Shown here in pieces: positions 51,250-64,000 of a stretch of 64,000 nucleotides of DNA (its first letter is position 1; every line of letters begins with the position of its first letter). The notes beneath the pieces are model-generated. The model saw only the letters and a program-made list of their open reading frames with translations. It was not told the origin of the DNA and ran no database searches. This DNA comes from Eledone cirrhosa (taxonomy: Eukaryota): positions 108,624,001 to 108,688,000 of the forward strand of contig OZ024744.1 of the NCBI GenBank assembly GCA_964016885.1. Reading direction: 5' to 3'. The position numbers and the translations under genes are program-made.

Positions 51250-52015
51250 CATAGGTATGTGAAGGGCAAGGCAAAAAGAATATATGGGGAGGGGGGACAG
51301 GAAAAGGTGAAATATAAGGGGAGATAAGGGAGAAAAAAATATATACAAGAGTACAGAACGTAGATTCAGCAAAATAAAAAAAACCGTAGCAGAAGTAAAG
51401 AGCAGAAAAGGAGTTCAAGGCGGTTGATTTATCATAGGAGTGTCAATCCAGTTACAGATCAGATGCGATTTCAGATGAGGACAGCATCTGAAGATCTCAG
51501 TCTTTGAGTTAAGACAAGCGGAAGTGGCTCTCAAGTTTAGCAAAATCCTATATTTTTCTGTGGTACACAAAGAACAATTCTTTGTGCCCCTTTGGTACTC
51601 CCTCGAATGGTCTAATATAGACCAATCGATAGAGTACGGGATGTTACTATCCTTGAATTCCCACACCTTACTTGCGAGGGCCGTTGATGTTCGTTTATCG
51701 GAGTGCTTAAAAGAAGTGACATGTGAGTAAAATCTGGTTTTAAACTTGTCCTGGGTCATACCGACATATCGCTCACTCCTGGCTGGCTGGTTGTTGATTA
51801 CCGGTGTTATTTTAGCCTCATAAACAACAGATTTGGTGTTACATTTACCCTGGAATGGGCATTCATCCGGCTTCCTGCAACTGCATCCTGGATTTGTTCT
51901 CGTATGGTTTGAACTGATGATTTTGGACTTCATAGATGGGCAACAAGAGTAGCTGGTCTTAACTGCGTTCCTATTAAATATCTTATAATATCTATGATTA
52001 GGAGGAAACCAGCTT
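51250..52015 (-). mobile_element. PLE GIY-YIG fragment (fourth family)
   Basis: VKTSYSC, CSCRKPDECPFQGKC, VVY..YVGMT..FKTR, CSLC, LNSKTEIFRCCPH. Confidence 0.88.
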
Positions 52016-52056
52016 CCTACATAATGGTCGCTCATATTTATGGTACGTCAAAATTA

Positions 52057-52366
52057 TTTATAAAACCATATTTATTTCATTATACATATTTCAGGGATAC
52101 CAAATTAAATTATGGTATGCCTTCATCAGACAAAATACAATATATAACAGTTTTACAAATAAGCTTTGACGTACCCTTTTAAAATGCAACCATTATTTTT
52201 GGAAGCCATCCGGATGGCTTCCCAAAATAATGGTTGCATTTTAAAAGGGTACGTCAAAGCTTATTTGTAAAACTGTTATATATTGTATTTTGTCTGATGA
52301 AGGCATACCATAATTTAATTTGGTATCCCTGAAATATGTATAATGAAATAAATATGGTTTTATAAA
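52057..52366. mobile_element. Spacerless fold-back palindrome (family D), HHR on each arm (52073-52137 -, 52286-52350 +)
   Basis: Centre atcc|ggat at 52211/52212; TATTTTGT CTGATGA AGGCATACCA..TGGTATCCCT GAAA TATGTA TA ATGAAATA. Confidence 0.88.
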
Positions 52367-52686
52367 TTTATTAATATCATACACACATATATATATATAT
52401 ACATATATACACATAAATATACATACACATATATATATATATATGTATGTGTGTGTATGTATATGTATATGTAGATATACCAGGTTTTTTTTATTCTGAG
52501 GATTGAAGGCAAAATTTTTTTGCTTTTAAGAAACCACTGGTGAATGGAATAATTGCCTTATGTTGCTTATTACTTTATTACTTTACTACTTACTATATAT
52601 ATGTATATGTAAGGTTCATATGAATTATCTAAGACTGAGTTTTACACACACACACATGTATGTGTGTATGTATGTATATATCTATA

Positions 52687-52765
<79 letters not shown>

Positions 52766-53149
52766 ATGTGTGTGTGTGTGTTTTTTATTTGGTTGTGCGT
52801 GTTTATGATATGTACGTATTTGTATGTGTATAATTGTATAGCTATGTATGCATGTGTGTGTGTATGTATACATATATATGTGTGTGTATGTATTTTTATA
52901 TTTATATATATATATGTATGTGTATATATGTGTGTATAATTGTATACGTGTGTGTGTGTGCGTGTTTGTGCATGTATTTGTGTATGTGTATGTATGTGTT
53001 TATGTATTTGTATATGTATATTTATGTGTGAGAGTGTGTGTATGTATGTACGTGTGTATATATGTATGATTGTGTGCATGTATGTATGTATATGTATGTG
53101 TGTATGGCTATGTTTGTGTATGTGTATGCATGTATATATATATATGTAG

Positions 53150-53570
53150 AATATAAGATCAAAAGATTGTTAAAGGAGTTCCATGTATTTTATTATGCGC
53201 ATTTCAAAAACAAACATCATCATGCAATAATAGTTGTGTTTTCATCAGATAAAACAGGAGAACATGATATGAAGGCTAAAAAACACTTGTGGATAGTGCA
53301 GTTTTAAATCAACATGTTGATTTAAAACTGCACTATCCACAAGTGTTTTTTAGCCTTCATATCATGTTCTCCTGTTTTATCTGATGAAAACACAAATATT
53401 ATTGCATGATGATGTTTGTTTTTGAAATGCGCATAATAAAATACATGGAACTCCTTTAACCATCTTTTGATCTTATATTATGTATACTCCAGTCCTACAA
53501 ACTGTAGAGTGCTTCTTATCCGATATCTGCATTGCTTTATTGTACTACAATAAAACTCACCTCCTACATA
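53150..53570. mobile_element. Spacerless fold-back palindrome (family F, 53150-53479) plus tail; HHRs at 53188-53254 - and 53375-53441 +
   Basis: Centre aaca|tgtt at 53314/53315; TTTTAT CTGATGA AAACACAAA..TTTGTTTTT GAAA TGCGCA TA ATAAAA. Confidence 0.88.
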
Positions 53571-53809
53571 TATATTTGTATATATATGTATGTATGTATA
53601 TATATTTATGTTTCTATATGTATGTATGTGTGTATATATGTGTGTGTGGTTGTATATATGTATGTGTATGTATGGAAGTGTTGATATTTATGTGCGTATG
53701 TATGTATGTGTATATGTATGTGTATGTGTGTATTTATATACACATATGTGTGTATATATGTGTGTGTGTATGTATGAGTGTATGTATATAAATATATATA
53801 TATATATAT

Positions 53810-54279
53810 GCAAAAGTTTTATTTAAAATTGTTGGGTTACAACGAGTAAATATTTTATAACTGATATAAAGCACTCAACAAATTTTGGAGTAGATATACG
53901 ATATTAAACAAATGGAAACTATATTTATAAAACCATATTTATTTCATTATACATATTTCAGGGATACCATATTAAAAATATGGCATGCCTTCTTCAGATA
54001 AAATACAATATATAAGCAGTTTTATAAATAAATTTGACGTACCATAAAATATTGATCAACTTCCATTTAAAAAAGTTGGTTTGATGGAAGTTGATCAATA
54101 TTTTTTAAATGGAAGTTGATCAATATTTTATGGTACGTCAAATTTATTTATAAAACTGCTTATATATTGTATTTTATCTGAAGAAGGCATGCCATATTTT
54201 TAATATGGTATCCCTGAAATATGTATAATGAAATAAATATGGTTTTATAAATATAGTTTCCATTTGTTTAATATCGTAT
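53810..54279. mobile_element. Fold-back element (family D); HHRs at 53940-54005 - and 54170-54235 +
   Basis: Arms 53897-54075 and 54101-54279; CTGAAGA core. Confidence 0.87.
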
Positions 54280-54295
54280 ATATATAATATATATA

Positions 54296-54737
<442 letters not shown>

Positions 54738-55292
54738 CTTTTGTGTGTGTGTGTGCGTGTGTGTGTGCGTGTTTGCATGTGTGGTTTTATTTTATTTTTT
54801 TCCTTTCCTCCTTCTTTCTCCAGCCTCGCTTTCATATAGATTGCATTTTTGTTTTTAAAATCCAAATTCAATAAACAGACCAGGATTTTTTCATTCTGAG
54901 GATTGAAAGCAAAATCTTTTGCTTTTAAGAAACCACTGGTAAATGGAATAATTGCCTTATGTTGTTTATTACATAACTATATATATATATATAGAGAGAG
55001 AGGCTGTATATATAACAATACACACATGTGTGTATATGTGTGTGCGTGTTTTCAGTTTGTCTGCCACAGAGCCTTTATCAATACACACATGCGTGTGTGG
55101 AGGGTATGGGGCTTGTTGTGTGTGTTTGCGTGTGTGTTTTTTTCAGCCTGTCTGTCACAGATGCCTTTGTGGTGGGAAATTAAGAACATTTTTTTCTTAA
55201 AAATTCAGAAAATTGTCATGCGTATGTATCCGTGTATAGATGTGTGTATGTATGTGTGTGTATGTACGTGTGTATATATGTATGATTGTGTG

Positions 55293-55378
<86 letters not shown>

Positions 55379-55552
55379 CATGTGTGTGTGTGTGCGTGTT
55401 TGTGTATTTGTGTGTATGTGTATGTATGGATATGTTGATATATATGTGTGTATGTATGTATATGTATGTGTATGTATATATATATATATATATGTGTGTA
55501 TGTATATGTATGTGTATATATATATGTGTATGTATATATGTGTGTGTATGTA

Positions 55553-55665
<113 letters not shown>

Positions 55666-55915
55666 GTGTTTATTTTTCCTTTCCTTCTTCCTTTTCCAGC
55701 CTCACTTTCATATAGATTATATTTTTGTTTTTAAAATCCAATGTCAATAAATACACCACGATTTTTTCATTCTGATGATTGAAAGCAAAATTTGTTTGCT
55801 TTCAAGAAACCACTGGTAAATGAAATAATTGCCTTATGTTGTTTATTACATAACTATTAAGCTCTGTAACCTACATAGAGCACTCTTTTTTCCTGGACCT
55901 TTCCGACGGAATTAC

Positions 55916-55963
<48 letters not shown>

Positions 55964-56056
55964 TATACACGTACAAATACACATACATACACATATATAT
56001 ACATACACACATATATATCGACATATCCATACATACACATACACACAAATACACAA

Positions 56057-56091
<35 letters not shown>

Positions 56092-56481
56092 CACTCATAA
56101 TCATCATATATACACACGTTCATACACATACATACACACATATATACACGCGCATACATACGCACACACAAATATAGATTTATGTACACACACCTACATA
56201 CGAACACACACAATTAATTATAAGAAAAAATATCATAATAAAAAAATATCATAATAAAATAAAAAAAACAATAGACGACCATATAAGGCGTCACATAAGA
56301 ATAAAAATAAATGTCAAAATTATTGTAAAGTTGACAGCGATACAGGAAAGGATACAAATAAATGAACAAACACACGTGGTAAGCAATACACACAATTACA
56401 CATACACATACACATACATACATATAAATAAATAAATACATACACACACACACATGCACATACATATACACATACATATAC

Positions 56482-56547
<66 letters not shown>

Positions 56548-56550
<3 letters not shown>

Positions 56551-56802
56551 AAAGTTTTATTTAAGATTGTTGGGTTACAACGAGTAAATATTTTATAACT
56601 GATATAAAAGCACTCAACTGATTTTGGAGTATTTTACGATATTAAACAAATGGAAATTATATTTATAAAACCATATTTATTTCATTATATATATTTCAGG
56701 GATATCATATTAAAATATGGTATGCTTTCTTCAGACAAAATACAATATATAGACAGTTTTATAAATAAATTTGACATACCTTAGAGTTTACAACTTCCAT
56801 TT
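56548..56802 (-). mobile_element. Family D copy with HHR at 56678-56742
   Basis: Homologous to 53810-54070. Confidence 0.82.
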
Positions 56803-57500
56803 ATATATCATAAAACATGTCTATAGAATCACCAGATAAAATATATACCATTTCCTCTCCCAATTAGCATAATTAACTATATAAAAAATCGAATAGACCA
56901 AGCTATAAGAATAAGGCTTCTATGAAGAAATCTCCAACAAATAACCGAAACTAGCCCTTCGCGTCGGCTACGACGGAATATTTATCGAATATTTCGACAG
57001 CGTAATTAGGTTGAGATACAAATTTGGCTGTATTGTGCTGTGCTTTCTAGCAAAAAGCCACCAGCCATAAGTAACTACCACACTCCTTCCAACCTGACCG
57101 CTGCTACGTCACGATTCTTAGCCATTTTTGAATGTATTCTTGGCGCGATCACTTTGGAAAATTTATTGTCTAGATTAGAGCAAACTCCTGAAGAGTCCGA
57201 TGGTCGAATTTCCGAAGATATTGGAAATCTCAAAATGCGGACGAAACCATGGTAGAGGTAAATAAATGTATTCTCTTTTCTCCTAGTTTATTTTACACCT
57301 AATTCTGTTTAATTGACTGTATCTAGGCGATTACGCTGTCGAAATATACGATAAATATTCCGTCGTAGCCGACGCGAAGGGCTAGTTTCGGTTATTTGTT
57401 GGAGATTTCTTCATAGAAGCCTTATTCTTATAGCCTGGCCTATTCGATTTTTTATATAGTTAATTATGCTAATTGGGAGAGGCATGTTTTATGATATATA
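56803..57500 (+). mobile_element. Fold-back element (family G) with ~155-bp inverted arms
   Basis: 56853-57007 is the reverse complement of 57330-57483. Confidence 0.85.
57185..57257 (+). ncRNA. Type I hammerhead ribozyme (family G)
   Basis: CTC CTGAAGA GTCCG..CGGAC GAAA CCATGG TA GAG; palindromic ACCATGGT; AATAAA at 57261. Confidence 0.88.
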
Positions 57501-57566
57501 GCTCTGATTATTTAATTTATTAACTTTTCATTGAGCCACAAAGTGACCCGTTGCAAAACACGTATA

Positions 57567-57748
<182 letters not shown>

Positions 57749-59951
57749 CGTATACACTCACATATACATATATATATATACACACACATGTAAGTGTGTA
57801 AAACTCATTCTTTGATGTATTGTTTATCACAGATCCCTCTGTGGTGGCAAATAAAAAAATTGTCCCAAACTAAAAATTATTTTGTGGTGTGTGTGTGTGT
57901 GTGGGGGGGGGGGTCTAATGATCTAATATATATATATTTATATCTAATATATAAAGTGAAGTTGGGCGTTGTTTGTTTGTTTGGTGTCCCGAACTTGCAG
58001 GCTACACCGTTCATCCGATTTTCATGAAACTTGACACATATATAAAACTCGACCCGTAGATTGGAATAGGCTTCTTGAAATTTTCGAAAAATCGATAATC
58101 GGGCCCCTATAAGCCAAAAATCAATATTTTCAAAAATCGTCCGATTTCGATGAAACTCGACGCAAGGGTGTATTTTGATCGGGGGATGAACGTGGGCTTA
58201 CATTAAATTTTCACCAGAGGCAAAAATCGATATTTACGAAATTTGCCTGATTCCAATGAAATTTGACGTAGATATGTATTTTGATGCGGGGATCAACGTG
58301 GGGTAATCAGACCCCAGAGGCAAAAATCGATATTTTCAGAATTCGTCCGATTTCAATGAAATTTGATATTACCACAATAATAGATCCATTAGTAGTTACT
58401 CCAAGGCTGCAAACATTCAGAAAGATTTTTTAAACTCATAAATTATGCGTTAAATGAGACCTTTAAGAGTTAGGGCAGACAATTATTCATAGTTTAATTA
58501 TCAATGGCGCAATATTGTTGAAATATGCAAATCTACGTCTTTCTTTATGGGAAAATGGAAGGCTTTACAAACAGATAATCAGGGTTTTTTGAGTAGAATT
58601 CTTAATTCTTAAATAATTGTACAGTCAACAAAATATATGACAGAATGTTTTTCATATTTTTTCAAAAATCTTTCGATTTCAATGAAATTGAATGTGTATG
58701 TATTCGAACCCAAGCACTTTTAGTTTACACCTGGCGCAATCAAAATCAATTTCATATGCCCATATAAGCACGCACACACTGTGATTCACGCGCGTTATTG
58801 ATTGGGCGGCCTGTCTATACCACGAGCAGTATGTTTTCTCAACGATAGATACACAAACAGGTATGCACGCACGTGCGAACCGCCTTTTTCTCTTTGTGTG
58901 TATCCGCTTTTTGTGAACAACAATAAATCCGGCCGTCTCACTAAACAGACCTTTACAGAATTTGCCCATTTACTTATCGGTTAGTTAGTGCTTACTTATT
59001 TAGACTACTTGCATGCCATTTCAGTTAAATTTAATTCATTTTTCGCCTTCCTTAAATTTAAAAATCCCCATTGGGACTAGGGGATTGTCGACATCTTAGC
59101 GTTAAACTTTTCATATTCCCCCTTATTCAAGTGCAAATACAGTATTATCCCTATCTGAAAGGAAACCAAATTTAATGGTGTCTTTTGTGATGCCAAAAGC
59201 TAAATTTTCAAACAGTCTTAAATAATCATGCTTTTTGAAAAAGATTTACTAAGTTGTATTGGACACATACAAAAATTTACCAAGTTGTATTGGACACATA
59301 CAAAGTTGTAAAAAATGTTACGTCCGTTCCAATGTTTTCCTTTTTTAAACAAAAGGTTCTAAAAAATTACTTAATTCATAACACTACTGTCACAGCCTTT
59401 TGCACAGGAATTGAGTAAGTTTTCGGGTTTTTAAATGGAAGTTCACCAGAGTTTGTGTCTTTCCCATTATTAGCCCACCTCTAATGGCATTTTTTGTTCT
59501 GTTTACGACTAAATGTTATGAGCGTATATGCGTATTTGCAAATTGCTATTGTTCTTTAACTTTTTACTTAGTTGTCATAGACCATCTGCATGCAGTGCAA
59601 TTGATTGCGCACACGTACACACCTGCATGCAGATTAAACACTGACAGCTAATAAAAAATCGATAATTTGCTTATTAAGACATCGGTCAAAAAGAGAGATT
59701 GAATGTACTTTAGAACATTTTTTTAATGTACTTTAGAAAATTTTTTGAATATATTGTTCTTTTGGGCATGATATGTCAGAAATATAGCTACTATTCACTT
59801 TGGTTATTTTTTGTAACTAAGAAACGGTTCCTTTTGGGTGGATACTTAACGAGAAAGATCCCAGGGTTTTGGACAAGTTTGTTTCGGGCACTGTATAGAC
59901 GCCAATTTTGTCACACCTTGGTCATGAATTCATATTCTTTTCCAATAGATA

Positions 59952-60193
59952 CCGTATTTTCCGCTCTATAAGGCTCACCGGGATATAAGGCGTATCATTT
60001 AAAATCAGTGTAAGGCCAACCAGGAAAATGCTATCTTCTTTACTTTTAGTCTAGATCTATTACTTCTGTTAGAGCCGTGATAGATTACGATTGTATTATT
60101 TATACATTAGGCTCACCGGAGTATGAAGCGCAGAGCTGTTTTTTTAATGAAATTCAGGTATTTTAAGTGCACTTTATAGGCCGGAAAATTCGG
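59952..60193. mobile_element. Tc1/mariner (Tc2/pogo-like) MITE nested in the Helitron
   Basis: TIRs CCGTATTTTCCG / CGGAAAATTCGG with TA on both sides. Confidence 0.75.
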
Positions 60194-60689
60194 TAAGTTA
60201 TAATCATATTTCCAAACCCTCCCATTCACCAGTAACCATACTAGCGAATCTGGTGTCACCTCTCTCTGTACTTAATCACCCCTCTCTAACCTAACAGCTT
60301 CGTTACACGTCGTTATGCCCACACGGAAATGTTCAAGACTTACTTCCAAACAAGATACAGCTACTGCTTTGAGACGACGAATTAGGCGTTCTCAGGTATG
60401 CGTTCATTCACAATTGGTTAATCCTTTATGCAATATTCTCCCTTAATGTTAGCAAGCACTGCGTTTAACTTAACTGTCACCACTTTTAAGCAACTACAAC
60501 ATTCTAATCGTAGTTATATTAAATTTATTGTCTTACCTTGATTCCCTTTTGTTCATATTACACTTTTCTCATTTACTAATGGCACAGTGCCTTTGGCTTA
60601 GCTAACCAGTAGCATTAATTAACTTTCTCTATGAAACACCTGCTGAGCGCGAATCTCGACTCGCTGATAGACGTCTTTCTCGGCTGGTT

Positions 60690-60970
60690 GAGTCACCAAC
60701 ATCCCGACGACAAGGCTTGCTGATATTCGCCTTCGTCGCCAACAAGCACTTGCGGAGGAGTCATCAACATCCCCTACGACGAGGCTTGCTGGTGTTCGCC
60801 TTCGTCGCCAACAAACGCTGGCGGAGGAGTCACCAACATCCCGTACGACGCGGCTTGCTGGCGTTCGCCTTCGTCACCAACAAGCGCTTGCAGAGGAGTC
60901 ACCAACATCCCATCAGACGAGGCTTGCTGGGGTTCGCCTTCGGCGTCAACAAGCGCTTGTAGAGGAGTCC
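60690..60970 (+). repeat. ~4 x 69-bp tandem repeat in the Helitron N-terminal coding region
   Basis: gagtc-anchored units start at 60690, 60758, 60827, 60896 and 60965. Confidence 0.9.
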
Positions 60971-61520
60971 ACGGCAGACAGAGACAACAGGCCTGCTGCT
61001 AAGAGTTCCCGGCATACATTAGCTACTGCTGCCAAGAGCTCAGGCTGGGTAAAAGCAGCCTTCAGATATAACCCCTCTGAGGATTACGGACTTCTGCCTA
61101 CAGTTTCCATTGGCAAAATGGATAATGTCTGTACATCCTGCAAGGCAATGAAGTGGCCAGGCGAGGCGCCTTCTATGTGGTGTGCAGGAGGTAAGGTGCA
61201 GCTAGAGGCATTGGCTGACCCGCCAGACGTTCTTCTGAATCTACTTACAGGTGACGACACTACGGCTACAACGTCCCGCCGTAACATGTGGAAACACAAC
61301 TCCTGTTTCATGATGACCTCCTTTGGTGTAGACAATAACAACACCAACAACAACGTGAACCCCAACAACAACGTTGTACCTGTGATGCGCGGGAAGTAAC
61401 TTTCACACATCTTAACAACAGAGGCAACGCTGGGTACTTCTGCTAGTATATATATATATATATAAAATAATTGAGTCAAATATGTAAACAGTGGCTTCGT
61501 TTATTATAAATTATAGATAT

Positions 61521-61575
61521 ACTGCTATATATATTTCGGTGACGGCCATCATTGGCTGTGACCTCTTCAGGCAGT
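61521..61575 (-). ncRNA. Type I hammerhead ribozyme
   Basis: Minus strand ACTGC CTGAAGA GGTCACAGCCA..TGGCCGTCACC GAAA TATATA TA GCAGT. Confidence 0.87.
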
Positions 61576-62650
61576 CCGAATTGGTGTTGGAAAGACAGGT
61601 ACACATGTTGTTGATGTGTGTTTTACTCCGTCAATACATCGATATGTCCAGCTCCTGGTTGTGTTGTTATTTCCTTGAGGAACTGGAATCATATGATTCC
61701 AGTTCCCCAAGGAATATGTATATATATATATGTGTGTGTGCATGTGTGTATATATATATGTGTGTTTGTGAGTGTGTATATGTGAGTATATGTGTATGAG
61801 TGTTTATATATGAGTGTGTGTACATGTATGAGGTGTGTACATACACACACATATATATGTATATCTGTGTGTATATATATATGTATATATGTATATATAT
61901 ATATGTATATATGTGGGTATAGGTGTGTACGTGTTGATATAGATATTTATAGATATGTGTGTATATGATTATGTGCACATGTGTAAATGTGTATTTAGGT
62001 TTGCATCTATTTGTGCGTATATATATTTTTGGTTGGATATCAATATAACTTACCTCTCTATATATAGTGTGGATATATGCACTTTGTAATCTATGAAATG
62101 TATGTGTTTTAACTATGCCAACATGTATTTATCTGAGTTTGATTATTTATACATAAACATACTTGATAGTATTTTAGAACATATCATACGCTGTATTATA
62201 CTAAGTGAAATTTACCACACAGTACTATAATGTGTTGGTTAAGTTGTATATTATCGCATTACTGTATTTCATTTTCTTACTATAATTTTCATCTTTTAAT
62301 ATACTATCTTTCCTAGCCATAACCTTAATTTATATTCACCTAAAAACTCAATACAACACTAATCAACATTTATTTTTACATTCCTTTTTAACTTCACTAT
62401 ACCAGATACATTCAACTATCAGTTTGACAATCCCTTTCCTCCTAATAGATTTTTATGCCAATTCTACTATTAACACCCTTCAACCATTCCTTTCAAAGGG
62501 TCATGACCTCAACTAAAGTGTATTACTTTTCATCTTAACACCATATGAAAAAAACAATTTGATTGGTTAGTTCTTCAACTTCCTCCGAACAAGAACATGA
62601 TACTAACATACTACTAATTCTGAATAAAATTATTATTGAATAAAATTATT

Positions 62651-62790
62651 ATTGCTTTTGAAAACAGCTGGTGATATGCATGTAAGTAAATATTCTCTTT
62701 ATCTGATATTTTGTAACTAAACTTACATAGATCAATAACGGAGTATAGCTACAATGTATTATCATCACCTAGAAACGATCGTAAAACAGT
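62651..62790 (+). ncRNA. Hammerhead ribozyme, U3-A8 core variant (UUGAAAA), decayed
   Basis: ATTGCTT TTGAAAA cag..GGTGAT..ATCACCta GAAA CGATCG TA AAACAGT; palindromic ACGATCGT. Confidence 0.62.
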
Positions 62791-62836
62791 GAAGTTTATC
62801 TCTAATGACTTGATTTTTTATTTCATTGTTTTAACT

Positions 62837-62872
<36 letters not shown>

Positions 62873-62914
62873 CGTGTGTGTGTGTGCGTGCGTGTGTATG
62901 TATATATATGTAAA

Positions 62915-62993
<79 letters not shown>

Positions 62994-63035
62994 AAAGAAA
63001 CGGAGAATCAGTGTTGCGACGAATAAAATGTATTA

Positions 63036-63120
63036 GACATATTACAATCGTTTCTCTGGGGCGACCAGCTCGAGGCACGATCGAAGCTGACTCTGAAATC
63101 GCAAGGTCGTCAGATACGTC
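63036..63120 (-). ncRNA. Type I hammerhead ribozyme
   Basis: Minus strand GACGTAT CTGACGA ..GCGA..CAGCT..AGCTG.TCGC.. GAAA CGATTG TA ATATGTC. Confidence 0.8.
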
Positions 63121-63168
63121 TCGATTCTACGAAGCAGAGTTTCCAAATGTCCAGTTACACCCGGGGCC

Positions 63169-63289
<121 letters not shown>

Positions 63290-63291
63290 TT

Positions 63292-64000
63292 ATAAATGGA
63301 AAAAATGAAATTTCATTTCTCCCTCTTAGTACGGCTGATACCTAAATATTAGTATGTATGTACATATACATACATATATGTATACAGACGTACAGTAGTA
63401 TGTATATATATACATACATGCACACATATATATATGTACGTATAGATTTACCGAACATTTATTATAATATTCGGTTTGTTTGAAAACAAACAGTCCGAAT
63501 TAAACCGTACAGTGTTCGGCCACCATCGTTGCCCTTTTGTTCAACACTAACAAAGGAACGATGAACTAGTTTCTAGCTTATTAGCTGTCACCAGCACCGT
63601 ATACCTTGCTGTCAGTCTATTGAACGTTTGAAATATATACTTTCCTTATGCATATTAACGACTGAGCAGCCTAATTTGCATATCGAGTGAGTTAGTCGGC
63701 CGGGCGTACCGAAAACGATAAATGGAAAAAATGAAATTTCATTTCTCACTCTTAGTACGGCTGATACTTAAATGTAAGTATGTACACGTACATACATATA
63801 TGTATACAGACGTACAGTAGTATGTATATACATACATACATGCACACATATATATATATATATGTACGTATGGGTTTACCGAACATTTATTATAATGTTC
63901 GGTTTGTTTGTAAACAAACAGCCCGAATTAAGCCGTACAGTGTTCGGCAACCATCGTTGCCCTTTTTTCCATTTATCGTTTTCGGTACGCCCTGCCGACT
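63292..64000 (-). mobile_element. Two family-H copies; mutated HHR (CUGGUGA) at 63559-63599; fold-back at the window end
   Basis: 63292-63540 matches 63718-63963; 63965-64000 is the reverse complement of 63694-63730. Confidence 0.8.

Larger units (their letters stand above)
57943..61446 (+). mobile_element. Internally deleted Helitron with 5' RepHel remnants
   Basis: 5' TCTAATATATAAAG; 3' ggcaacgctgggtacttctgCTAG-T; MDNVCTSCKAMKWPGEAPSMWCAGGKV at 61118. Confidence 0.85.

Noticed and set aside
60690-60970. Regular repeats resembling a CRISPR array
   Set aside because: Whole 69-bp units repeat with no unique spacers, inside Helitron coding remnants; no cas genes.

Overview
AT-rich, microsatellite-dense animal DNA made almost entirely of transposable elements; I found no host protein-coding gene. 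The SINE and RTE families look like those of octopod cephalopods, recognised from memory and not searched. Recognisable elements: a decayed, internally deleted RepHel Helitron plus several non-autonomous Helitrons, an RTE LINE with a PHD-like finger, two R4/Dong-type and several Tx1/L1-type non-LTR elements, a CRE-like fragment, tRNA-derived SINEs and a Tc2/pogo-like MITE. From 37 to 52 kb there is a cluster of Penelope-like elements (PLEs) with RT plus a C-terminal GIY-YIG, resembling the Hydra clade. One has an intact 717-aa ORF and sits in a 6.5-kb head-to-head inverted insertion within (TA)n. The main hidden signal is about 21 type I hammerhead ribozyme (HHR) motifs from about 13 unrelated families, folded by eye. 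They include compensatory U3-A8 core variants and a 4-nt-core variant. Many lie in head-to-head fold-back palindromes of 0.3-0.8 kb inserted in (TA)n. The same geometry recurs at 6.5 kb and, nested, at about 19 kb. All structures were read manually; no activity or database match has been tested.
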